NCBI RefSeq assembly: GCF_009914755.1
Contig: NC_060929.1
From: the human T2T-CHM13v2.0 reference genome, Homo sapiens
DNA length: 64,000 bases
Strand: one strand, 5' to 3'
The position numbers and the translations under genes are program-made. Shown here one piece after another: positions 9,111 through 28,940 of the stretch. Positions within the stretch are counted from its first letter, which is position 1. Every line of letters starts with the position of its first letter. Under the pieces are notes generated by a model that had not been told where the DNA came from, searched no databases, and saw nothing but the letters and a program-made list of their open reading frames with translations.

Positions 9111-10611
9111 TGGCCTGCATTGAATTTTTCCACTACAGTAGACTGTGGCCATCAGGATTTGTACCTGTAGGAGGCAAAGATAACCCAGGAAGAAGCTCAG
9201 TTTGTTTTGGTGGGCTCTCACCCTCTCTTACCTTCTCAGTCTGTATTTTCTTCTCACCCAGAAACCTGAGATCTCAAGGAAGAAAGTAATTTGAATTAAC
9301 TTTCTTAGGTGTTAAGAGTTAATGTAATATCCTTCACGGAATGTTCCCATTTTTGTAAAAGGACTGCAAGGAGAGGCACATTGCCTAGATAAGTGACTTT
9401 TCCATATCTGCCTAGTGGTGGTGGGAGACTTGAGACAGAAGGATTTGGGGGTTACTGTGATCCAAATACTGGTTCCCTAATCAGCCTCACCAGTGCTGAT
9501 GGAAACTCTTGCATATTTTTAAGAAATGTTTTTGGGGGGTGTGAAAGCTATGGACCACCTCCCATTAAAATGCATTTATTTACCAAAAACTTTAGGGGGT
9601 TCAAAACCCCTCTTGAGCTGCCTATGGGCCCCAGGTTATAAAAGAGTGATATTTGGGTGAAAATTTATGATTATCATCTTCAGAGAAAAAATGCAAATCT
9701 CTAGAGGAGTTCTACCAATAAGTCTGAATGTAGGGAACAGCTGGGTGAAGAATCAAAAAGAAATTGTCAAACCAGTAAGTTCCAAGAAAACAACTGGCTA
9801 GAAGATGCATGCAGTCTAACAAATTTATAACAATTTCATATCTTCCATCTGACCAAAATATAGGTTGATATTAATCCAAACCTATATTACATGTTTTCAT
9901 GTTGCAGAGAATTGTCAGGAAACCTGGTTTGTTGGTGGGCAGCTCTTTCTCCTAGAGGCAGGCCCTGGGCAGTCGACACTCTGGCTGGAGAGATCAGCCT
10001 CATACAATGGTGGGTCATAAATAAACAGACCTAACCCTGGGTGGAGGTGCAAGTGAATGTGATTAAAATTTACACGCTGGGACCACAGAGAGTGAAGGGT
10101 GATTAAAGTCTGTCTTAAGCCTACTAAAGCCCCCAAATCCAGACCTTAAGCTAATTCTTTCATTCACTCCCCAAAGGCATTTCACACATTAGGGCCTGAA
10201 AGCCAGTAACAGGGCTGCCTTCTCCACCCTCCTGCACTTTCCTAAGTTGCTGACATATGGAACCAAAGAGCCTTTTCTGTGTAGGAGATAGCTCTTTCCC
10301 AACTGCTTTAGAACAAGGATTTACTCTACCCCCCCTTAATTTTTGAGAGGTCTCCAAGTCACCCATTAAAAAGGAGATGGACTTTTACATATATTTTCCC
10401 AGCAGAATTTTTTTTCACACTCTAGGAAGCAGCTGTGGTAGGGAAGGGAATATGTATTAGTTAGGATACACAGGCTGCTGTAACAGAGACCCCAAATTAG
10501 AGTGGCTTAGAACATATAGGATTTTATTTATCTCTCACATAACAGCCCATGAAAAACATGCCAAGACCAATATGGCAGGCAGCTCTAAAAGACTGGGAAC
10601 CTAGCCTTCTT

Positions 10612-10616
<5 letters not shown>

Positions 10617-10676
<60 letters not shown>
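10617..10676 (+). repeat. Compound (GT)n(GA)n microsatellite
   Basis: GT run 10617-10644 followed by GA run 10645-10676. Confidence 0.95.
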
Positions 10677-10679
<3 letters not shown>

Positions 10680-10792
10680 TGGCTATTCATAGGCATGATC
10701 ATAGTGTACTGCAGCCTTGGGCTGAAATGATCCTCCTGCCTCAGTCTCTCCAGTAGCTTGGAAAACAGGCTTGGCCACCATGCCCAGCCCAG
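10677..10792 (-). mobile_element. FAM (fossil Alu monomer) fragment
   Basis: CAGTGGCTATTCATAGGCATGATC keeps the 7SL-derived GAATAGCCACTG segment found in FAM and absent from dimeric Alus. Confidence 0.75.
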
Positions 10793-11436
10793 CCTTCTTT
10801 ATTGTTCTCTGTCTTCCTTAACATATTCTTCCATCTTGCAGCCTAAGATGGCTGCTCCAGCTCCTGCCATCACCTCTGCATGTTGGGTAGCTGGAAACGG
10901 AGATGAAGAGGAAGGCTCATTCCTTTCTTTTAAGGGCATGGCTCAAAAATGCTTCTATTACTTCCTCTCACAATGCATGGAACAGAGTTTAGTCACATGG
11001 CCATACCTACCTAAATAGAAATTGAGTGCTATAGTCTTTACCTGAGCTGGTTAAAACATGAGAGAGAAGGCTCCATGGTTTTCCTGCTCTGGGAGGGGAC
11101 AAAAATGCTATCTTCAATATGGCCCTAATTTATGACTTGACCCCATCTTCAGTCTTCTCTAATACTTGTACTGAAAAAAAAAATGGTGTGTGTTTGCCAG
11201 AGGAGGGATGGAAGGTGGAAAGTGGAGGCAGAGGGGCCAGGTAGTAGCCTAATGTAATAATCCAAGGGGAAAATGATGGCTGCTTGGACCAGAATGAGAG
11301 CAGTGGAGGAGGTGATAAGTGGTTGGAATCTAGAAGTATTTCCTAGGAAGCCTAGGATGTGCTTCTAGATGTGGGGTATGAGAAAGAAGAGCCGAGGATA
11401 ATGCCACTCATTGATTATCTATTCATCCATTGACTG

Positions 11437-11567
11437 TTTTTTTTTTTTAGAGACAGGGGTCTCGCTATGTTGCCCAGGCTAGCCTTGAGCTCCTGAGTAC
11501 GTGGGATCCTTCCACCTCAGTGTCCTGAGTAGCCAGGATTGCAGTTGCTCACCACCACACCTGGCTC
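11437..11567 (-). mobile_element. FLAM-type Alu monomer within L2 remnants (~11190-11880)
   Basis: Poly-T, then GAGACAGGGGTCTCGCTATGTTGCCCAGGCT...CACCACACCTGGC. Confidence 0.8.
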
Positions 11568-12374
11568 TAAATTGTTATTGAGCACTGGCTGTGAGCAAGG
11601 CACTGAGCTAGGGCCTGTGGATACAATGGGTATAGTCTTGCTTTTATAATTGACAAAAATAGCCAGCAGAGAAGTAAACACAAGTATGATGTATGTAATA
11701 AAAAGCAAATCCCAGAGGCTTTGAGATAATAACTCAGAGGAAATGAACCTAGTCTAGGGGTCTGGGAGGTGACGTCTAAGCTGAGACATGAAGTGTGCGT
11801 AGGGAGTGGTCAGGAAATTGAGGTGAGCTGGGGCCATAAGGGGAAACATGTTCCTGTAGAGGAATTCGCTTTAAGCCCTACTTCCCTCCATGCCTTCATG
11901 TTGTCTACTTGGGATAGAATGAAACCCTGGACTTAGTTTATGCTTAGTTCATGCTATCTCTCTGAAGAGAAAATGCTTTTTGAAGTTCAATTCAAGTTAA
12001 TTAAATTCAATCAACATTTGTAGGTTCTGGGCCAGGTTCCCAGCCCAAAGACTAAATAGCCCATGGTACCATTTAACTGAGAGAAGATAATAAAATTGAA
12101 ATCATTGAATTTTAGGAAAGGCAGAGTTGTTCTCTATGAGGTCAAGCTAAAACTCAAAGGATTTCCACATAGGAAGATGTGCTGTGGTGTGACATGATCA
12201 AAATCTATACAATTCAGGATGGCAACAAAAATCTATACAATTCAGTATGGTGACGAGAGTGTAAATATAGATTAGGAGACAACCTACAACCTTCGTTTAA
12301 AGCATTTAAAAAGTCCTTTATACATGGGAAATTAAACGTGAGGAATGCATTCCCTCCAAGGGGTGGTAAAATTA

Positions 12375-12790
12375 CTATATTTGTTGGGATGAGAGTTCAG
12401 TGGCTATAAAAGAAACAACAGCAGCAGTAACAAAAACCAACAGTGGCTTAAACAAGATAGAAGTTTCTCTCTCACTTAATAGTCTAAAGGCAAGAACTCC
12501 AGGACTGTCATGGTTGGTCTATGGTGTCAGCGACCCCGCCTCTTCTATCTTGTTCCTATCTGCTAGGATGTCCCCCTTGTCCATGTTATCCAGGATGGCT
12601 CACCACCATGTCATATTCTAGCCAGCAGGAAGAGAAAGGAGAAAGACAAGAGTATCCTTCTTCCTTTGAAAGCACAACCCTAAAGATGCACACATCACTT
12701 CTCAATCCCATTGTCAAGAACTTGGTCAAATGACCACACCCAGCTACAGGGAAGGTTGGGAAATCGTATTTTTACACTAGATATTCGTAT
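12375..12790. mobile_element. MLT1-like LTR
   Basis: AACAGTGGCTTAAACAAGATAGAAGTTT...GGTCAAATGACCACACCCAGCTAC motifs. Confidence 0.55.
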
Positions 12791-13399
12791 TCCATGTGAG
12801 AACAGAGAGTTATATTAGTGAGAGACAGAAAGAGAGAACAGACACTAGAGTCTCTAGCAGTCTTTGTGGACTAAGGGGTTCTTTTTCTCACTCAGAACTT
12901 CCAAAGTTAGTGCTTGAAAGAAAGTTTTCAGGAGTGTGTGTGTGGAGGTACAAGGGTTGGCAGACACCCCTGAATCAGAGGCCTCACCTCCTTCTTTGGA
13001 TTCTTTCACGTGACTTCCTGCTGGCACCCAGGTGCTGCTGCCCCCTTAAATATTTTGGCTGAAGTAAAGATCAAAACCTTTCCCTGGGCTTCCCTTAGCC
13101 AAGACTGCATGGAGTTTTCAAAGAGTTTAATATAGATAGATGTAGAGAAGACAAAGAAGAGCATAAACATAGAAAATACAAGAAACGTGTAACCTTCCCA
13201 GCTTACAAAGTCCAAGATCTCTATCAGCTCTTCCTTTGTCTAGCCTGGAAGGTTAAGCTCAACTTCTCCAGCACCTTGACCTCAGCCTTCATTCCCTGGG
13301 TCTTAGCTTGTCTCTGCATGGAGGATGATTGCTTTAATATTCACCTTCCAGGAACAACCTGCAGTAGTAGTTCAGGTGAGGTATTGTCCTTATACAGGA

Positions 13400-13950
13400 T
13401 GAGAAGGAGCTGCCTGCCCTGGACCTTGGCTTTAAACAGCCCCATTTGGACCATCTCCAGCTGCAGCCCGTCAAGAGCCTGCTCTTCCCCCTGTAGACTA
13501 CCTGGGGCCCCAGAATTCCTTGCCCAACAGTCCTGCTCCTGCTTCCAGAACTTCTGTGGGTCTCTCCCACATCTGCCCATCTGTCATGTGCACACTCCCA
13601 GGCCCAAGAGGCAGCTGCTTGTGATGAGATGTGGGGGGAGCTTGGACAACTGGGCTGGGCTGACCACTTGTGCATGTGAGAGGCCTCTTGCTGCCCTGGA
13701 TGCAGCTGGTGGGCAGGAAGAGAAGGTGCAAACCTGGAGCTAGGGGCTGGGACTCCAAACATTATAAATTTGAACTTGAACTTCTAGGTTGTTATGAAAA
13801 TATAGTTGTTAAGGTAAGAAGACAGGACATATTTCACTGAACAGTTTGTTAGCTTAATTTATAGTTTTTAAATATTTGGACATATAGTATGTGGGCCTCT
13901 GTTTGTACTCTTGCTCCAGGTCCTGCATATGTTAGGGTAGGCTTGGGCTG
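13400..13950. mobile_element. Probable hAT (Tip100-group) DNA transposon fossil
   Basis: Terminal segment TAAATATTTGGACATATAGTATGTGGGCCTCTGTTTGTACTCTTGC...ATGTTAGGG resembles Arthur1/Zaphod-type ends; subfamily and left boundary uncertain. Confidence 0.4.
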
Positions 13951-14119
13951 TCTTGCCACATATGTTGTTATCTTTAAAAGTTACAGCATGTGAGATTCCT
14001 CTTCTGCATCCTACTCTTCTAATTGCCAACGTGCAGCCAAGTCAGATTATGAAGGAAGGCCCTCCCTGCTCAGATGGAAGGCTGCTACCAGTATGCACAC
14101 ACACTAGCCTTTTGTTTTT

Positions 14120-14565
14120 TCTCGGACTTGCCATTCTCATTCCAACCTCTGGCCATGGTACCTTCTGCTTTGTTCCTTCTTCCTGAAGGATACATCTCTG
14201 GACTTTCACATGATTACAGCTCTCTCTTTATTCAGGTCTCTGTAAAATTTTATCTCTGTAGAGATGCCCTTCCTGACATCTCCTCTCCAAACTTAAAAGA
14301 GTCCCCCAAAAGAGTCAAGTAGATCCATAATTCGTCATCCTTTATCTTGCTTTATTTTTTCAGCACAGCACTCATCACTATCTGAAAAAGTGTGCTATGT
14401 GCTTATTTGTTTATTACCTCTTTCCCTGAGCAGAATGCAAGCCCTGTAATGGCTGAACCTTGGTCTTCATATCTTAGTACCCCTAGAGCCTTGTACAGTT
14501 TCTGATGCATAATAATGTGCAAAAAAATTTTGTTGAATGAATAAAAGGAAGAATGAATGAATGAT
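14120..14565 (+). mobile_element. L2 3' fragment
   Basis: Ends in TTGTTGAATGAATAAAAGGAAGAATGAATGAATGA, an L2-type tail. Confidence 0.7.
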
Positions 14566-16369
14566 CCAGTTGTTCAGTAGCAGTTGGGAATCAGATTTCC
14601 CAATTCAAACTAATCTTAGTGAGCAATCAGAATTATGAAGAAGAGTTTATTATTATTATTGAAATTTATGCTACCCATTCAGGATGGGGTCAACCTAGCC
14701 AATTCCATGTGTGTAGAGCAGTCCAGAATGAGAGTGGACAACTGCCTGACGATGCAATGTTAAAACGGCCCTGTTGGTAAAGAGCCCAGTGTGACTTTTG
14801 CAAATGAATGTAGGCTCTCCCTCTCCAGCTCTGTGCTCAAGGCTAAGCCCTGGAAAGTGAGCCCAATGCAGAGACTGCCTTGTTAGTCATTGGTGGTGAG
14901 GGACTCCATTTTTGGACAGGAGACTGGGCTGAAATTTGATGCACATAAAATAGAGGATGCTGAAGTGAAGGGTCATATACCATCCATGCCAGAAGAGTCC
15001 TTGGGAATTATTGCCTAAAATTTGCATCTTTAAAGATGAGACACAGAGGTCCCAGGGGACCAAGGTGGCACGACAACTAATAGAAATCGAAAGTGGGGCT
15101 TGGGTCTCCCAACCCCCAGAACTGTTTTCACCCTCCTGGATTAACCGGATTAGTGTCATAGAAACTGCCAGGATTAGTATGAAATTTCTATCAAACACTA
15201 AGCGCAGTGACACTTATTAGAAGAATCCCTACTAGCAGAGCTTCCCTAAATGATCTGTAAAATGGGGATAATCATAGTACCTGCCTCCTGAGGTTGAGGT
15301 GAATCTTCCTGTGGAGCACTTACAGTGCTGTGTCAATGATAGCTGCTGCTATGTTTCTTATTAACCCTTCCCATTCCCACCCATTCATGGACACATTTCC
15401 CATACCCTTGCTGAGAAGTTGTATTTGGCTACAGTTATTATGGAAACAAAAGGATTGGCCCCTGGAGCCCTGTTCTAACCCAGAATAGACGTATGGGGCG
15501 GTCCACAGAGCATAAAGTTACAACCAGTCCTGATGCCAATGGTCCTACAAGCAGCTCCCACAAGTCTGTAAGTGGCCAAGCAGCATGAGCACCCTACTAT
15601 CCTGGGCAGGTGCCCGGAAACCTCGGAGGTGCTACTTGGCATGAAGCAACTGCTCCTTGCAGGGCAGGGATGTGCCACAGCTGCAGCCCTTTGAGATTCT
15701 CACAGTCCCGTTTTCAATTTGGAGCCTAGAGCTGAAGAGATAAATTGAGAATATTGATCAGCTCATCAGCTCACAATTAAGATGTTCTTTTTCCCCCTTC
15801 CGAAACTTGGTGTATGGCTGTGGTAAAGGGAGGAATGGCTGTCCCTCATAGCGACTGCACACAGGCTCTCAAGCCACTTCCAGGTTACCACACCATAATA
15901 TTTTTGTTGTCATTCATTCTTATCTATCCACAGCCATCAAATATCACCTCCTTTCATGAGGGGATGGTGCAAAGTGGGCAGACCTTCAAGTGAGAAAGAA
16001 ACAGGGATAAGCGGCTAGGAAAGGGCGTCCCACCAACACTTGTAGATCGGAACTGTCAAAGAAGTCCAAGTCCTCTGTCTTTCTGTGGAGCCACAAGATC
16101 TGGAGAAAGGGAAGTGTGTTCATCTCAGGAAAAGATTGAGGACTCAACTTGAGAAAAAGAAAAAGGGGGTAGTGGTGGAATAAAGAAGTAGGCAGCATCA
16201 AATCTGTTCAGGCCACATCTTGGCAGAATACTATGCCTGCCCTCTTTGCTTCCAGAATTTCAAGGCCAGGTGACATAGCATCATAAAACTTTAAACCTTA
16301 TTGCTGTTAGAAAATAAACATGTGTGTGCACATGCACACACACATACACACACACAGACACACAAATAC

Positions 16370-17118
16370 TACTGTCTAAGCTCACAAGCACTGGCATTAC
16401 CTGACCCCTGTTTATCTCTCTACCTCCACTTCTGATTGGTAGGACACACACCAGCCACCTTAGCCTCCTGAAAATTCATAAAATAATTTTTCCTATGATT
16501 CAAGGCCCTTACACATGATTTTCCCTTTCCACTCAGTGCTCTTCCCCTATTCTTCACATAGCAGGCTTCTTCTTGGCTTTCAGACCTCAGTTGAAATCTC
16601 GCCTTCCAGGCAAGGCCTTTCTCATCTTTCTCCCACCAGGCCCTTTCCTCTCTGGGGTTCCCTTCTATCCCAGGACCCCACTATCACCCCCATAGCCCTC
16701 TCCCAAGGTTATTATTGAGTTAAGTGTCTGCTTGCTTATTGTCTCTCCTATTTCAAAATGATTTCTCTGAGGGAAGGACCATATCTGTTTTCTGCCCAGA
16801 ATACAATAGGTACTCAAGTGTCCACCCAGCTGCTCCAATCAAAAGGATTAAAGTCACCCTCAAATCATCACTTGTTACCACCCAGACATACAATTCAATG
16901 GCAAACCTTCTTGGCTTTATTTTCAAAATATATCCCAAGATCTCCCCACCTTCACGGTCACAGGTTCAAGCCACTATATAGGGTACCTGGATTACTGCAA
17001 CAGCTGAATAGCCTCCTCCTCTTGTCCCCACCTCTGTCCTTGCACCTCTCCATGCTACCCCCAGCACAGCAGTTGGAATGGAAGTCCAATTATGTCACTC
17101 CCCTGGGCAAACCCTCCA
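16370..17118 (+). mobile_element. L2 fragments; apparent host of the L1 insertion, continuing at ~22990-23180
   Basis: TTTTCAAAATATATCCCAAGATCT...GGATTACTGCAACAGC...ATGTCACTCCCCTG are L2 3'-region motifs. Confidence 0.6.
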
Positions 17119-17119
17119 C

Positions 17120-17565
17120 CAAAAATGGACAAATGAGATCACTTCAAGTTAAAAAGTTTCTGCACAGCAAAGGATACAATCAACAAAGGCAGGGGACAAC
17201 CCACAGAATGGGAGAAAACATTTGGAAACTATCCATCTGACAAGGAATTAATAAGCAGAATATATGGAGCTCAAACAACTCTATAGGGAAAAGTCTAATC
17301 TGATCAAAAAATGGGCAAAATATTCGAATAGACATTTCTCAAAAGAAGACATACAAATGGCAAACAGGCATATGAAAAGCTGCTTGACATTACTGATCAT
17401 CAGAGAGATGCAAATCAAAACTATAATGAGGTATCATCTCACTCTAGTTAAAATGGCTTTTATCCAAAAGACAGGCAATAACAAATGCTGGCTAGGATAT
17501 GGAGAAATGGGAATCCTTGTATGTTGGTGGGAATGTAAATTAGTGTGGGGAACAGTTTGGAGGTT

Positions 17566-17568
<3 letters not shown>
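17120..17568 (+). mobile_element. L1 (L1MA/L1PB-age) ORF2 C-terminal fragment, inverted relative to the adjacent L1
   Basis: Translates to [46 protein letters not shown], the L1 ORF2 C-terminal region. Confidence 0.9.
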
Positions 17569-22987
<5,419 letters not shown>

Positions 22988-23183
22988 TTTCTGTTTTCAC
23001 AATTCTTAATGGTAGTTGAAATGTACTTGAAATGATATTATATAGCTATCTGTTTACTTATTTTTTGTCCATCACTACCACAAATAATTAAGCTGCATTA
23101 GGGCAAGGGCCTTGGCCATCTTTGTTTTCCACTGTCTATCCAAAGTCTAGAAAGTCTCTGGGACACAGTAGATGGTCAACCAG

Positions 23184-23567
23184 TGATATGGTTAGATATT
23201 TGTCCCCTCCAAATCTCATGTTGAAATGTAATCTCCAATGTTGGAGGTGGGGCCTGGTGGAAGGTGAGTGGATCATGGTGATGGATCCCTCATGAATGGC
23301 TTAGTGCCATCTCCTTGGTGATGAGTGAGTTCTCAGTTAGTTCACATGAGATCTAGTTTAAACATCTGGGCGTCCCCTTTCTCCCTCTTGCTCTTTCTCT
23401 TACCATGTGACATGCTGGCTCTCCCTTCACCTTCTGCCATGAGGCCCTCACCAGAAGCAGATGCTGGTGACATGCTTCTTGTACAGCCTGCAGAACCATG
23501 AGCCAATTAAACCTCTTTCCTTATAAACTACCCAGCTGTAGGTATTTCTTTATGGCAACACAGAGAA
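23184..23567 (+). mobile_element. MST-family MaLR solo LTR
   Basis: TGATATGGTTAGATATTTGTCCCCTCCAAATCTCATGTTGAAATG...CCAATTAAACCTCTTT. Confidence 0.85.
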
Positions 23568-26189
23568 GATAAAAGAATGAATGAGTGAGTGTATCAGAGA
23601 GCTACAATCACAATGAAGCTGCATAACAAACTAGTCCAAAACTCAGAGGCATATAACAATAAACTTTTATTGCTCAGTCACATAGGAAATAATACTGATA
23701 TTTGAGTTCCTTCTCCCAGAAATTCTGATTTAGTTGGACTGGGATGCAGCCTAGGCATCTGGATTTTTATTTTTGAACTCTCTAAGAGAGCTAACATGTA
23801 ACGATGTCTGAGAACTGCTATTATAGATAATATTTGCTATTATTCTGATTATATCAAAAGTTTGAGTTGATTAATTACAACACTATTATCTGAAGCATAT
23901 TGATGAGAAAACTGGGGCATATGGAAAGTGAAGTGGAACCTGGACTATGTTTACACAGAACAAAAAGGTGAAATTTTAAGAGCTAATAAGGGATTTAAAT
24001 GTAAGCAGTCAAGCTATATAATTCAGCTTCCCAAGTGTAGGGTTCACTCCATGAGTAATAATATGATAGTTTATCTCGTGGGGAGGGAAGTATTTCTTGT
24101 CAAATGATTCAAAGTCTCCAAATATTAAGGACGTATATAGAAGATTCATGTCTCAATAATATATAATCAAATATGTTGAGGAGAAAATAGGCATTTGCTC
24201 TTGTTATTTTTTTGTTGTTGTTGTTATTGTTAGGACAATCCTATCGAGTTAGCCCAAGATCATCTGATGCTGTGACAATTTTTCCTTCTCAGGAGAACCA
24301 GATGAAATTAAGAGAGGGTGATAATTTATCTCTTGTTCTTTGGCAAGGTACAGTGAAGGTCCTTGGACTTCTCCCCCAAAGACAGGCAGTATTCACAAAT
24401 TCCTTATCTGAAGCTTCTTCATTTAGAAGTCCTGCTTGATTGATCTTCTGATATATTGGCTCCATAAGTAAATTGGGAAGAAACGTCTCTTTTTGGTACC
24501 CAGGTAAGGGGAAAGAAAATTATGATTGGATGTCACCACAGGATCACAATTTCTGTACCAAGAAAGGTAAGAAATTAGACCTCTTCTCCCTCACCATTGG
24601 AAAGTTCACTTGGTTGTCACATAGGGGATTGGCCGAACTCCAGAGTCAAATCCTGTTTATGCCGAAGGCAGAGTAGATAATATAGGACATTTCTTGGCAG
24701 TGTGAATTATGAATAAAGGGGGAAAAAAAAAACTTTGGTCACTATCTTTCTTGGGCTCTGCAGCCATCTCATGGTGATCAGAAGAATCAAATTGCTGTCT
24801 AGCCCAGAGGAGTGATTTCTAACCAGCAAACTAAAAAATAACTGTGTGTTTTGAGTGGCATCTTGCACTCAACAGGCACTTAATAAATATTCGCTAATAA
24901 CATTAGGCCACTCAGCACCAAGCAGGAAGATAAGGCCATTTTTTTTGTTGTTTTATACTTGGGTAATTGATAAAAATAATTGCAAAGCTTTAAATGTTTA
25001 ACAGTGATTAGCTAAAACCATCACCTCCAAGCCCTTCCCACTTTGATAAACTCATTCCCATGAAAATATTCAGAACCTGAGGAACAGCAGGGAAAGAAGC
25101 CAATAAAAGCAGCTCAAAGAGTTTTACATTATCTCCATAAGCTATCTAATCTAGCCATTTTGAATGATCTATGTAAATTAATTACGCTTTTTAATTAGGT
25201 GGTCTTTTAGCTTGCATATTGAAGTTTGCCACCAATTATGGTGAGGCAGGAGGTCACTTGATTGGTATGGGAAACAAGAGGCCTTTATTTCACTGAACTG
25301 AAACACTGAACAGTTAATGCTTAGGGGGAAAACTGTAAAATTTATGCTGGTTCTCAAAATTCAAACTGTGCAGCTCTTGTTCATTTTTTTTTCTCTGACT
25401 CAAATCCCCTTCTATGACTCACTGGGGGTTTTTCTTTATAAATATCAGAATGACTTCTAAACACCCACTGACTCAAAAAATAATAGAGTAGCTTGGAAGC
25501 TGAAATTTTGCATCCTTAATGCTAGGGGGAAAATAACCCACCCTTTTGATATTAGTCACATTAAATGCTATTTAATTGCTAGTGCAGCTGTTTCCAGATG
25601 TGACTTTATTTTTTTCTGCCAGCCAGTCTGATTTTCATTAACTTCATCATTTTTTTAAAAAGCTCATGCTATGCTTGATGCCAAGCAGAATACAGTGTTC
25701 TTTAATTTAAAAAATATAGTGGTCATTGTAGTGAACAGACTACATTTAATATCTCTAAAATATTTCTGAACGACATTTTATAGCTCTTTACCTCCTCTGA
25801 TCTTGCGTCATGCAGCAGGATTCCAAATTTTCATTCTTTTTCCACATTTTAGTGACCCGTGTCATCCAATAGTGAATCAGTGGGTGGGGAGTTAAGCAAG
25901 AAGCATTTGCTGATTTAATGCAATCCTTGGAAAAATCAAAATTGCTAATTAAAAATCACAGAGTGAATAAAAGTCTTGACCCAGAGGAATTCTCCTGTCT
26001 GTCGCTCAGACAGACTCTCATTTTTATGCTGGCACACACACATCACCACAATCCCGGGAGTTCAGGGAATCTACCGTGGGTGGCATTTCCTCTGGGGCCA
26101 AGGGCTATGCTTCTGCGAGATGACCTGCCCAAAGAGTAGGGGTGTATTATTCCAGTCTCTTCCTCTAGCTTCATATTTTCAAGTTGTAT

Positions 26190-26380
26190 CAAACAGGACA
26201 GTGTAGTCAGAAAGGCACCCACTTGGGCATCAAGAGGTTTTGGCTTGAGGCCTGGTTCTCTCTGCAGAGAGCTGGGTAACTCTGCCAGCCCTTTCTCTTC
26301 CCTGGTGGCTCCTTCTTTCCTCATCTGTGAAATGAGGGATTCATTTCTCATGCTCTCTCAAGTTCCTTCCACTTCTAATA
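26190..26380 (+). mobile_element. MIR fragment
   Basis: TTTCCTCATCTGTGAAATGAGGGAT core. Confidence 0.6.
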
Positions 26381-26590
26381 ATGTACAAGGCTGCTCTGCT
26401 GAAGCTTTTACCACATTCAATTCATTGAGTATTTGTCTACATAGATGGTAAACTCTTAGAAGGCAAGGATCAGGCAAGGATTTCATTGATCTGGCAAGGA
26501 TTTCATTGATCCCCAACACCTAAATACTGAATATTGTAAAAGTGCATAATATTGGTTGAATTAATGGGACTGTGAAAAATCAATAATACA

Positions 26591-26930
<340 letters not shown>

Positions 26931-26931
26931 C

Positions 26932-27276
<345 letters not shown>

Positions 27277-27282
27277 CAATAA

Positions 27283-27591
<309 letters not shown>

Positions 27592-27749
27592 TAATATATT
27601 TTATTAACAGTACTAGTAGTTGTGATAGCAGCAGCAGCAGTAAACTTTTTTTTTTTGAGCACACACTATAAGCTAGACATTGTGCTAAATGCTTCATATG
27701 GTTTGTCTCATTTAATTGAAGGAGACAAGCTCATATTTCCTTTTTCCCC

Positions 27750-28230
27750 TCTGTGGCAAACACTACTAAGTATAATCCATTCGCACCTTCATCCTTATTA
27801 ATAGAACCTCAATTTTTTTGAGGGTAGCAATGTAAATGTTAGGGACAATTACCTCCCCCAGATACCCTTGCTTCTTGGGGTAAACCACTGGGCTTAGTTC
27901 TGGCTAATGAGATGTAAGCAGAAGTCTGCTGGGTGGGATGTGTAAGAAAGCTATTGTTTCCTGGATTTAAAAAAGGGGAAATCTCAGCTAGAAATTGACT
28001 TTTCACCTTCTCTTAATTCCTGCCTGGTATTAGGATGCACTGCCTGCTGGCAGGTGAATTGGCCTTCTTGCTACAACGTGGACTAAAACGCGGTGAGTAG
28101 GAAGTGATATGGAGCCTGCATCCTGGTTGACTTCCTTGAGTGGAGGCGTCAGCCCTACACTGCACCTCCAGACTTCTGGTTATATGAGAAAGGCAAACCT
28201 CCTACTAAGATATTCTACCTTGACTACATG
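27750..28230. mobile_element. Old ERVL/MaLR LTR fragment (MLT1- or LTR16-like)
   Basis: AGTTCTGGCTAATGAGATGTAAGCAGAAGTCTGCTGGG motif. Confidence 0.5.
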
Positions 28231-28404
28231 CCATTCATGATGACACAATGATGGGTGTTTCCCCAAACATGGGCATTCCTGGCCTTTGCTTTTATAAGCT
28301 CTGACTTCACTCTTTCTTCCAAGGGCCACCTCACTCTTGCCTTATTGCCTGCTTCTTCATGACTCTCTACCTCTCTATCTTAGGCTTCGACCACTTTGAT
28401 ATTA

Positions 28405-28940
28405 ACTATATTTTCTCCTTTTCTGAATTCTTGATGCTCTGGCATTTGCGGGCTAACTGACTGGGGAAAGACTGCCTCTCCTAGGGCTAGCCATTTCTTA
28501 GAGACAGCAAACAATCCTCTGGGAAGTGTGCCTTTCATATATGAACTAACCAGTCCAGAGCCTTTAGTCTAAACCACCTTCTCTACATAGCTTTTATATT
28601 CCAGGAGGCAATATTTTTCGAATCATCCCAGGCTCAGATACTGGACAACTTAGCGACCACCCCTCTGTCCCAGAGCCTGCCAAAATCCTTCAAAGTATCC
28701 AATCCTAACCCTGCTCAAGTGCTCACCCTGCCTCGTCGTGGAACCACAGTAAAGGCTTTTGCCTACTCTGTCCTCTTCATCCTTCTTCCTCTTGACCAAC
28801 CCTGGTGCTTTTCCACACGGCCCCGCCTGGTTTGGCATGACCCTCTTGGGAACTGTAAGTAACAAACCATCTTTTCAATGCCAATAGCCTCCTGATCTGT
28901 AGGTATCCCCAAACCTAAATGAAATAAAAATTTTAAGACA
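28405..28940 (+). mobile_element. ERVL solo LTR (MER74/MER73-like)
   Basis: AGACTGCCTCTCCTAGGGCTAGCCATTTCTTAGAGACAGCAAAC...GTGCCTTTCATAT...AACAAACCATCTTTTCAATG. Confidence 0.65.

Larger units (their letters stand above)
10453..11050. mobile_element. Old MaLR LTR (MLT1-like), interrupted by a microsatellite and FAM
   Basis: TGTATTAGTTAGG...GCTGCTGTAACA...AAGATGGCTGCTCCAGCTCC...TTAGTCACATGGCC are MLT1-type motifs. Confidence 0.65.

Noticed and set aside
10677-10792. 7SL RNA gene or pseudogene
   Set aside because: It lacks the 7SL S-domain and matches the FAM structure.
13276-13762. Overlapping 142-155 aa ORFs
   Set aside because: No recognisable homology or splice context; probably within a decayed transposon.
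26461-26511. Short direct repeats GGCAAGGATTTCATTGATC (CRISPR-like?)
   Set aside because: Just two adjacent 20-nt copies and a partial third with no spacers; a slippage duplication in eukaryotic DNA.
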